Below are positions 28,171 to 50,400 of a stretch of DNA of 64,000 bases, in pieces. The position numbers were made by a program, and so were the translations under genes. A model generated the notes under the pieces. It did not search any database and was not told the origin of the DNA. It was given only the letters and a program-made list of their open reading frames with translations. Source of the DNA: Balanoglossus misakiensis (lineage: Eukaryota > Animalia > Hemichordata); the NCBI GenBank assembly GCA_040954595.2, contig CM082592.2, positions 3,426,735-3,490,734 of the forward strand. The letters are read 5' to 3'. How positions within the stretch are numbered: the first letter of the stretch is position 1; every line of letters begins with the position of its first letter.

Positions 28171-29380
28171 CATATCTGGTTATTTACATAAGGGTTTACC
28201 TCACAGTAAACCAAATTTTCCCAAAGGCTTCTTTGAATAGATTAGTTACATAAACCATCTAAAATGCTACGCTATACAATATCATAACTCCACTGGAAGC
28301 ACCATTGTGGAATATCAAGGCATACACGAAAATCTGAGAACTGTAAAGTTGTGTGCATATACTTGTACTTTTAAAAAGTTAAACTCATTATTTGCACTTT
28401 CATGAATAATTAAAATGCACATGACAAATGTATTAACATCAACATGCTTGAGAATTGAACATGTAAAATTTTCAAATGGCTGCCCAGTAGCTATAATGAA
28501 TTGTATTGCAACACAAATTGATATATATCGTTTAAGTTATTAAGTCAGAATGAAATTGGTTCTCTCATGTTTGTATCTTATAATAAAACAAAAATGTAAA
28601 CAAAACTGGCTTCCAAATCGGATCATGAAATGAAATAAACTGATGTGCGTTTGTAGCTTGCAGTTGTCCTTGTGCCAAGTGTGAATGAAATCAATCCAGG
28701 CACGTCTGAATGATGGCTGAGAACAGACACACACAGACGGATGCACACTCCATTAGTCCCCCCCCCCCCCTGGACTTTGTCCACGGGGACTGACAATCAA
28801 TGCTATCTCTAAGCATTAGTCAAGTCCAACCATAAACTGTACTCTTTGTGGGTTTTTGCACTCTTCCACAGTTCAAATTAAACGGTTACAGTTCTCAAAC
28901 ATAAATGACAAGAGTTATGCCATGTTTTAAATAATATCTTATTGCAAAGCATCACTGAAAATATGCAAAGCTTGACTGACTTTTGAAGCATATGGGTGAA
29001 TACATAATTCTTGCACATCCCTGCTTAGCAACACACGCTATGTCACAACTGTATCTTCCAAGTAGTCATACTGAATAATGTCTATGAATCGCACGACACA
29101 ATTTTTTGTGGAAAATCTTGCACTTGAAGTCCCAACTGAATTGGTCAGATGTATAACCAATTCCACTTAGAACACTACCTGTTGCATGATAGTGTTCAAA
29201 TGAAGAATATAATTTAACCACCCCTTCATCTATACATATGTATGTATGTAGTGGGACCATCACTGGCACTGTGTTTTAACAACTGGACAACTATTCAGAT
29301 GCATGCTTCATAAATTTATGAATCAAATGGAGGTAGAACAGTTGATGCATAGCACGTGTTTATGACAGCAGGGATGACCT

Positions 29381-40135
<10,755 letters not shown>

Positions 40136-40750
40136 TTTACACTTACTTGTCTGTTTGTTATTTCGTTCCTCATGTAGGGTGTTTCCTAAGGTGAGGACCA
40201 TTTAATATTTGAAGGGGGCGGAGGTAATGGGTCCCAAAGCATCATTTATTTTACCCCGAATAGGAAATTTTTCAAATGCTGCTTTACAAAAATTTTTGTC
40301 ACGAAGCAGAGCTCATGTGGGTTGTATTCTAAGGGGTATACCATACTAGTATAATATGGGGGGGGGGGGGGGGGGGCTGGAGGTGATGTGACCGTATCAT
40401 AGAAAAATGTGGTGCTTTTGCCGTCATGTCTACTAAAGAAGTGTTCACAACACTATAAAATGATACAACGTGGTCAACGTGAACATCGAGAACAGTGAAA
40501 CCTGTCTATAATGGACACCCTTGGGAACAGAACTGTCCTCACAATTAAGCAGTGTCCTTCATACATGGGTAATATTCTATTCAAATCGTAACTTATCTCT
40601 TGAACCAGTGGCTGTGGTTTTAGAGATGCGCTTCATATTAAGAGACTTCGCCATATCTATCCAGCAAGGCAATACCTTATATTTTGCATATACATAACAC
40701 ACAGTCTACACAAAAGCACACAACTTTTCGTTTTCTGAAACTTGTTGGAA

Positions 40751-40756
40751 TTTATT
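40751..40756 (-). terminator. Putative polyadenylation signal of the FET gene
   Basis: AATAAA on the minus strand 650 nt past the stop, followed by GT-rich downstream sequence. Confidence 0.55.
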
Positions 40757-41400
40757 TTTTTTAAATACAGTTAAAGTTGGACAATAATGAAGCTTGACTA
40801 AAGACAGATGTATACTTAAGTAATGTTTTCACAAATTAGAGATTTCTGTAAACTTAGAATATACTCATTACAACACTTGTCTTGGAAATGTTACCATAAT
40901 CGCATAATTGTGTACAAATTTCAATAAAAGAGTTCGTTCTACTTAAAATAACACGGCTGAAGTACAAAAAATAAATTCACAAGGAATAACGTTACCATGG
41001 AAAAGATAGAGCACAAAAAATTCCTGTACTCTAGCCATCTCAATTTCACAATTTCATTACATGGCACGAGCTGCAATGGTCAGAAATGATAATAGGGTCT
41101 CAGAAGATGCAAACACGAACAAACTCAACTAGGGACATCGGAAAACTTTAATGCCACGAAGACCAACTGTAGATACTAAAATAGGCAGTACCTCTTATTT
41201 AAAAACTTTGGGTGAAGACTGACCATTTAATACTCACTCACAGTAATAATATACAAAAATACAACTGAATCCCCCCCTCTTCTTGGAAAGTTATAACGAA
41301 ATGGGTATATTTTCTTTCAATGACCCGACTTTTGAAAAGTCTGTATACAAAGACATTCTGCAGCTGAATATTTGTGAAGCATAATTCAAAGTCATTTTGG

Positions 41401-44400
41401 CTAGTATGGTTTAGGCCTGCGGTCACGTCTGTCGCCCATTCTGTCTCTTGGTGGACCACCTCGTCCGCGATCACCGCCACCACCGCGGTCACCCCCACGT
41501 CCTCTTGGGGGACCGCGACCTCTGCCTCCGAATCCACCGCGACCCCTGTCACCTCCTCGTCCTCTGGGCCCTCCACGACCACCACCTGAAGCAGAACAAA
41601 GAAACAGTGGTAATGATCTCTTGATGATGAACAACAACATACAGAATGCATACAGTCAAACCTACTTTAGTGGCAGTGTGCTATCTAACATAATTTTAAA
41701 AACTTTGAGTCAATTTGAAGATTTCTAGAAATTTCTCTGAGTCAACCCTATACCTTCGCATGTAATGTGGATAATTTTCTTGAGTCACCAGTGAGTTTGT
41801 GTAGTCAGTGATGCGTCATATGGGCTTAGAGGGCACACTGGTTATTGGGCACGTCTAATGTAGTGGAAACTTGTCTGCAGAGACCACTGTGCAATTTGCA
41901 ATGACCTGGCTTCTATAGACAGATTTGCCTGTGGGTGATTTACATAGTTGACATTGTACGGATACTGCAGTGAGAAGATAACTTACCACCCATTCCATCT
42001 GGCTTCGGTGCTCCACATAAATTGCAATGATTTCTCCAGGAAAAGTTAGAATTTACACAGCCACTGGAACAAGACAAGAGAGTACATGGAAAGTTAGCAA
42101 TCAAGTTTTATATCTATGCTTTCATGCCAGTACAATGAAAAGGAGCTGATAGCAGTGTGATGCAAAGCCTCATGCATATGACAAACACTTGCTACATACA
42201 CCTGGGTAGTACTACATACACCATGACTACACTTTCAATGTCCATAATTAGTCAATGTGATAACAACAGCGTGCTGCCAACCATTGCAACACTAAGCAGC
42301 AAAGTCATACATTAACCGATTGATGCTTACTTGCTTGTACAGGTCCAATCGCCTTCCCTTGGTGCACCACCAGCACTACCACCACCAGGTGGACCACCAC
42401 GGCCACCACCGCCGCGGCCACGATCTCCACCACGGAATCCTCCACGACCTCTATCTCCTGCAAACAAAGTCACAACAAGGTCAATATCAAATATCACTGC
42501 CACAATCCTACAAGAACATTACATTTCTAGTCTGTGGGAAGACCGTCTTTCATCAAGGTTGTGGGGCTGTAGCAGAATTTGCAAAATGCCAATACCCAGC
42601 CTCTCAAGTCTCATGCAATGCCAATGAAGCTTAACTGAGATGACAGTCTTCTGTATGTCAAGACATTTCAGCCGCTTCTAAAGCCTCCCCCACTCTTGAA
42701 AATGCACAGTAGTGGTGGAAAGCACAAAATGGTGAAGACATTGATGTCAGCCAGCAGTCCAACATAATGGGCAAGACTTGTCAAACAATCATTGTGTATT
42801 ACAGACATACATACCTCCTCTTCCTCTTCCACCACCAGGTTGCCAAGCTCTCCTTTTGGCCAATTCAACTTTGATCACTGGTCCAGAGTTACCAAATGGC
42901 TTTCCTGCAAGACAGAACAAATAATATGATGTTCCAGACAGAAATCTCCCATGCAAAAGCTTGAGTTATGACAATTTTGACATTTTCAGCTAATTTGGAT
43001 ATTTTGGGAAATGATAATTTTACCTTAACAAAATTCCATCTACAGTACCATGCATCTACACACCAAATACTTAGTGGGATGGTATTTGCAACTGCAATTA
43101 ATCTCACCACTTTGTAACACTAAATGAAACTTAGACTGTACTCACCATTAAACCAATCTATGGCAGCTTGAGCAGCACTGATATCATCATAAGTAATAGT
43201 ACATTCTCCCTTGGGCTGACCTGTCATTTTGTCTTTATACATCCAGATTTTGGGTTTCTGAAGTCTCTTGTCAATCTGTGGACAAATGATGTTTGCAATT
43301 GTCTCAGCAACTGATAGGACATGCACAATGTGTGCTCAAAACTCCAACTGTTTTCCCAATTCCCAGTGCAATTTTCTGTCTCTTAGGTCAAAGAGTAATT
43401 TTCCATGTGGGGTTGATGTACAAGTCTTTCACACAGCCTACTAACCATGTGATACTTTGGTGGTTTATCTGTGTAATATGTGAACCAGAAAAGCTAAGGG
43501 CAAGAGCTTTAGTTTTAAATGCACTTTTCCAAAATCAGCATTTAATTTACACTTCCGAAATCACACTGTAAACATATCTACTGCTCTTTTACACCTTCTT
43601 GAGAATCAATTTGATTTCTCATTCATCTTTTATACCAATCCTTACTCAGTTCTCGTTAACCAAGTCTGCATGACAAAAACTAAGCGCATACCTTGATGAT
43701 ACCGATCTGTCCAAAATGCTCTGCCAGCTGCTCCTCGCTAACTGAGGGACTCAGTCCACTGACAAACACCGTGTCTTGCTGTTCCTCCATAACTTGACCT
43801 ATATCACGACCAACATAGAAAACAAAAGTAATCACATTATACACCATCTCAGTGTCATGAATGTTGTTAGAAAAAAAATCACAAAACATTCCATCAAGAG
43901 ACAGGTCTTGCGATGGCCGATGATGTTGATAATCGCAAATTTCTTGGTCAAACATTTTACACCAAAGAGCTTATCAATGGAAAGCTCTATGAATTTCATC
44001 TGTCACCAAAGTTTTTTAGTACCCAAAGTGAGTTTCGAGTCTTAAAATGATGGACTCTAGGAAAGCTTTCTTTAAAGTGTTAGGGAAGTTTTCTTGGAAC
44101 ACCCATGCATATTACTGAAGTCTGCATTTAGAGGAATTGCAAAGACCAAGGCAAGACAGCAATTTATCACTTTTAACCCTTTCACCCAAAGCTCCAACTT
44201 TACAAAAGAAAACAATAGATTTGGACCAAACCATGGTGGTGAAAGACTGAAAGGGTGAAAGAGAAACATTCTAGATACTCACCACTCCCATAGCCTCCAT
44301 CACCACCGCTACCGCCATATCCACTATCTACAAACGAAGCATACACCACAGAACAGTCTTAATGGATGTCAAGGGATAAGGTAGTACTCGGCTGTAGTTT

Positions 44401-47400
44401 TTACGATTCGCTGAAATAATCCTGCCACAGGAAAGGGAGATGTGGTGAAATCTTGTACACCAATGAGATACCTAAACATTTCCAGAAAGGCCAGAAAGTT
44501 TCAGAAGTCTCTATGATTCAATGGAATATAAATGAAAATACTAAAAGTATTATATAACATGATTTTATGAAAGCTGGATTCCGACGAATGTTATTTCAAA
44601 GATACCAATTTCACTGGTTTAACACCAAACCTTGGTTTTGATTTATCACAGAAGTACTGTAAAATTGAGGCGACATTTTACTGTCTGGAGATTAACATAT
44701 TTTGGTAACACTTAAACTTTCATCCCCTTTTTTTCTGCAGCTCACACGTTGGCAAAAAGAAAATGTTTGTTGGACGCTGCATGGCAAATGCTAGCCACCT
44801 CAATTCAAGGCAGCACATTATGACTACACTTTCAAGGAAATACAAGAGTTTACACAAGCAATATACACAATCCCCACGTCATAAAAGGAGAGTCTTCTTT
44901 AGAAACCCTTGAGTAAATGACTACTTCGTTTTGGGTGCTAGACTCACCTGTGAGCACCAGATACACACAAACATTTTTTTGTCATATTTCTGATAATACG
45001 ATTGCTGTACGTTTCAATATACGACTGTCATTAAACATGGCAACACATTGAGGTTGAAAGAAGAGGCATTCTTAACCATTCCAGGGCAGAGTTTCACACA
45101 CCTATTTTATACCCATCATTAACATGATTGTTTAACATGATCGACATTTTCTGACCATAGTTATTACCATTTTTAACACAGTGCTGCTCATGAAGGGTGT
45201 CATAGCTGGGACCACTTACACACAATATTTGTTGTCAAAATAATCACCAAAATCCATATCAAGAGGGTCATAAAAGTACACGTCAATATTTGTGAAAATT
45301 GCAGTGATGTGATATATATGAGGACAGATGGTACCTTTGCAAATTAATTGCAAAGAGAAATCTGGCCTTGAAAAACATGCAGTGTACATCCAGTTCACAC
45401 CATATGGTACCTTCTGGTGATACCATTTCACTATATACACCGGTACTGGCCGTTTGATTTTGTGAGATATGGATACATAAACCATTATGTGACAATACAC
45501 ACTCAGTTGTTGGAATCAGTGTGTGCAGAATTATTGATGACATTGTGGCAATATGAAGGTCGACAGATGCAAGATTTCTGTAGTATTATCTGAGACGTTC
45601 AACAATGCTTTGGTAACCATTTACTGTATGCTGTAGACTCGGCACAGGATACAGTTCTGTTCACACACCCATGCCTCGCCGTGTTAACAGCACTGTATAC
45701 AGTTACTGTATTATCCAAGACTGATTCTGGACTGTCAATGTACATGTGGCCTCTGAAATCGGTCCAACTATTTAGACCCAGTATGAGTTACTGTTTCTCA
45801 GGGCCAAGTAAGGCAGACCATGTTGTCCTGAACACTGCTTGTGATTTTCTAGCAGTGTAAAGGTTGCAAATTCTTGTCTCAGTTCTATGTTGTTGTTTTT
45901 GTCAGCAAATCCCTGCTAGCCATTGGGAAAGTTAAAAGGGTTCTGGCATAGTCACTCTGATCTAAGTAAGTTTCGAATTTTACATGTCTCTTTCGTCATC
46001 AATCAGGGGACTTGGTACATAACACTTTCAGAATCACTTCAAGTCCAAGATCCATATATCAGGATTTACCACTACCCTCTTTTCAGGGATAGAAATGTAA
46101 CGTTATAGGATGAAAACACTTTGTTGCTGCAGATGTAATGCAGCAAGGTTGAAGGTGTGAACTGCTACAATCCCAGGTGACCTGTATTTTGGTTTGCTCC
46201 AACCAAACTGACAAGTTTCATCCAGGACACTGCTCATGAGTTAACCATCCATGTACACAGCTTCCAATGATGGACGACGCAGCACTTCTTTCGACTTCAT
46301 AGCCTACCACACCATTAGGTTTACCAGTTCATAGCATGGAGATCACCTATAGAGTGCTTTGCCCATTCACAAGTTATACCAAGGTATTTTCTGGCATTGG
46401 GAGTTTTACATCTGACAGCATGCTGGGCAGCCAATTCCAAAGCGATGGACAGGGTCGCATTTTGCAGTTTGTTGATGTCCAAGGCTGGAGGCTTCCACTA
46501 TGGCTGGCTTGCGTTTCTTCAACATCAATCAGACACTGAATGTTTGTGGCAACTACTGCAGTGTTCTATGGATGCACTGGGGTACCAGAGTCAGAAGTCT
46601 TGTATTGTTGTGGTTGTCCCGCTATCAACACCACAAATATATACAGGAATACACATTTCTATGTTTGTTTAACACACCTGGTTTAGTTTTAGCTTATACC
46701 ATGTTTCATTGAAATTCTGGGTTTCACCTGATATCAGTCACACACCCATGATAGTCTGTCAGGATCCCACATACTGAAATTTCATTGACACTGGAATCCT
46801 ACAGGATACTGCATTTGCGGTACACTATCGTAACTTTTGACCATCCAGAGAATTTACGTCTGGATGTAGTGTACCAACAGTCTGTCAGGTATACTTACGA
46901 GTTCATGCCCAACTTATGCACTTTTGAGCACCACCTGTTTAAGCACACTTTAAGCAAAAGCCCTTACTGTTTGATAACACAGTTTTATTTGTCGGTGTAC
47001 AGCAATCGCGACACACAAGACATGTACATTTATTAAACAAAACCCTTTTACGACCTCTTCAGAGCAGCACTTGTAAGCATTGTATTACACCCAAATAAGT
47101 CAAAGATTTCTCGTCTTAGAAATACACACTCTTCATTGTAATAGACGTTCACGTATCACACACCTCTGATGCCTTATTTCAACCTAATGTGGACACAAGA
47201 TGTCCATGGGTATTTCCCTACCAACCCCACTATGTAAGGAGTATCAGAATTATGTAAAACTATGTTACGTGTAAAACGCACTACACGGAGAACACAAGCA
47301 GGGGGCCACACATTCTGGCGACATAATGTAACGGTGACTCGACAAATTAATAACGAAAAAAAAAGCTTAATAAAGTTGGCCCATGTTAGAATGGAGAAGT

Positions 47401-50400
47401 TCACTTACCACCAGAAAAACCCTTATTGAAGCCACCTCTATCACTGCCTCCGCTTCTGTCACTATAAGGAGGGGCAAATCAACCATTTGTATAGCATTGT
47501 CATCATTGTCATTCAATACAGTACAGGCAACATAATGAATCATTTTAACCAGTACAGGGCAACATAATGAATCAATTTAACCACAAAATATCCCCTACTA
47601 AGATTATCACCCCAACCCCACACCCCGATCTGACCCAACCCATGTACATCAAAATTGATTTCCTTGCTGAAAACAAACTGGGCATATTATAATAAGAACG
47701 TTAATAGACAAGTGTCTGGAAAAAAATGACAGACACAGAAAAGCTATGTTGCAAATCAACTACCATAAATGAGTTACATCACTAGCATCGGAGTTTGACG
47801 GACATTTTTTGAGGATGCCCCTCACATTCTCAATACCCCCTTTCACACACTGTATGTCACCTGTATCAAGGTATTATTCGCATATGTATCAAAGCTATAT
47901 AAATACAAAAAATTCAGTTGGCAATGCTTATTAGGTAGGGTACAGGTATTGAACAAATTTGGATACATTATTAGTGCTCTCCTCAAGACATTTTGATGCA
48001 GTATTTGCTACTCTTACTGCTACGACAAAAACACCAATCATTGTCTCCAAGACTCATTATATGGAATACAAGATACAGGTGACACAAGGGTTGTGGAATA
48101 GGCCCACCATGTTACATGTCATTTGGAGGTCACCAACACTTGTAATTAAGAAAACTATCTTGCTAGAAATAGGCTTCCAACGAGTCACAAATTTACTCGC
48201 ATCACCAAACTTTGATCACGCAACACTGAGCATTTTAATTTCAGCCAAGTTTTTGCCGGATGTTGAGTTAGTCTTACAGCATCAACTAAGGAAACTAGTT
48301 CTGGCTTGGATCTCAAAATAACATACAGTACATCTAATTCAGTATATTCCTTCAATTAAGCTCCACCTTGAAAGAGTTAAAGACACTTTTAAATTTTGGT
48401 GGCTCAAAAATTGGTTTATACTATATAGTTTGCCTGATCTTTCACAGATGTGCCACCAAACTGTTTGGCAGTATAGTGCCATAACTCACTAGTCTTCGCT
48501 TGTCCTTATCAAAGGGTAACATCCAACTAAGTTCCTGTTGCCTAACCATGGGTGGAGCTTAAATGAAAGATTATACAGAAGTCATCAACTTGCAGCCAGG
48601 ATGATTATTCATAAAACCTGAAAGTGCAAAGGTCAGCTATTTATCCGATTTCATTATGAGCCTGTACTGTATTTTTTTCCCATGACTCTTCATTATGCTT
48701 GTGTTGGGGAAATACTTCTGCACAAATCGTCAACTGCAATGACTGCAATATCCTCTGTAAAATACCAGGTGGCTTGTAGCTTTTCATGTGATTAACCCAT
48801 ATAGCACTGTGTACATAAAGTGTTTCCCACAAAAGTTGAGCGATAAAACAACACATAACCTTGTTGTAAACCTGTTATTTACTTTAAAATATTTATATTA
48901 CTATGGTAACCGTTACCCAACGCAATACCCGCATGGGTTGCGTCAGGGAAAACTTTAGAATATGGCAAATGTTATGGATCTATTATATTTTACACACGAC
49001 ATACTGGCAATATATTACACTTAGTTTTTTTTCAAAAACCCCAGCGGAAGACAAGATATTTTATCACACACTGGCAAGGTCAAGGTTAAAGTTAATGAAA
49101 TCGCACTGTCCCACCCTTCCATTTGAACATTCCCCACCCCCTGAAAAAGACTACATCTATGCAAATGTAATACCTATGGAGAACATTGCTTTAACACCAT
49201 ATTTTTCTGATGGTGTTTAATATCATGCTATACACATAGTCTGATGGCCACAAATCTAGGGTGTTTGTGATAAGACAATACGCAAGATATCCTAACAATC
49301 AACACTACTGTTAACAGACATCAAAGCATGCAAGAGCATGGAAGGCTCACAACATTCAGCTTTGCAAGTCTGTAAAACCCTGACGAAAACATACATTTAT
49401 CCAGTATGGGATAATGTTCATTCTGTGACTATGATGTAAACATTCTTTCTGTAATTGCTAGTTACACACAGGCCATAATTTTAGCAATCAAACCTTTAGC
49501 ATTTATGTTGGGTCAATCAAACCACAGAATTTCGGATCTTATCATGTTAGCACATAAAACTATCTTAAAGCACTGCAATTTGACTTGGTTAACATGAAAT
49601 TCAGGTTTTTGTTTTTCGTTTTGTTGTTGACTTTGTGGTTTACTATAGCATAGTCGTGTATTGTTTTGATGTATGTTTACCCCAGCTGTTATTAAAATGT
49701 ACATTTCTGGCAAAGTATAAACCTAGTATAATACGGACATGTCCACAATGTAAGACTATGAAAATGTGCTTGAAAATAAAGCCCCATTGGAATCTTTGAT
49801 GACACTTTTATTTGCTAACCACAGTGCCAAAATGAGTCAAAAATTGGTTAAATTTTACAGCAACCTTGTGAATTTTTTTTTCATATACTAGTCTCAGATA
49901 ATGGACATGTCCAAGGTGACAATATTGTTTGCCTGAATGTAATGCAAGTGTATTATAATTATTTGAACAACCAAGTCATCAGTGAAACCTCAGAGAGGTA
50001 GCAATACTCTGTAAATATGAAAAGAACATCTAAGTATCATGATTAAACACACTCCATATTCCAATATGGACAAGCTCACCGGACTATTATACCTAAACAG
50101 TTATGGCGGCCATTACGCATAGACACACTTTACAATATCAAACTAACACGTGCAGTGATACAATCCTTTTCTTGGGACAACTGGACTCAGTCCGCACAAA
50201 CCGCGCTTTTAAAGCAATCTTCCTTGGTCAAAAATGCAGATATTTTATAACCAGCAACCAGAGCTTAGTGCTGACAAGAGATATTTAATTCTAGGCTAAC
50301 CAGATTTTCTTGACAACTCAGTTTTACTTTAACGTTTTCTTATCGAGACGGTAAAATGAAAAAACTTGAATATGAAACACCTACCCAAAACTGCTGCGGC

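Noticed and set aside
29221-29330. ATGA...AAA...TGAT motifs close to the TXNRD2 stop as an alternative SECIS
   Set aside because: No convincing helix II pairing; the element at 27865-27937 fits the full consensus.
42668-42700. SGGGFRSG-stop as an alternative FET exon
   Set aside because: Neither nearby AG acceptor puts this peptide in frame with the upstream phase-1 donor.
47499-47507. Box C-like ATGATGA (minus strand) as an intronic snoRNA
   Set aside because: Too close to the 3' splice site, with no matching box D or terminal stem.
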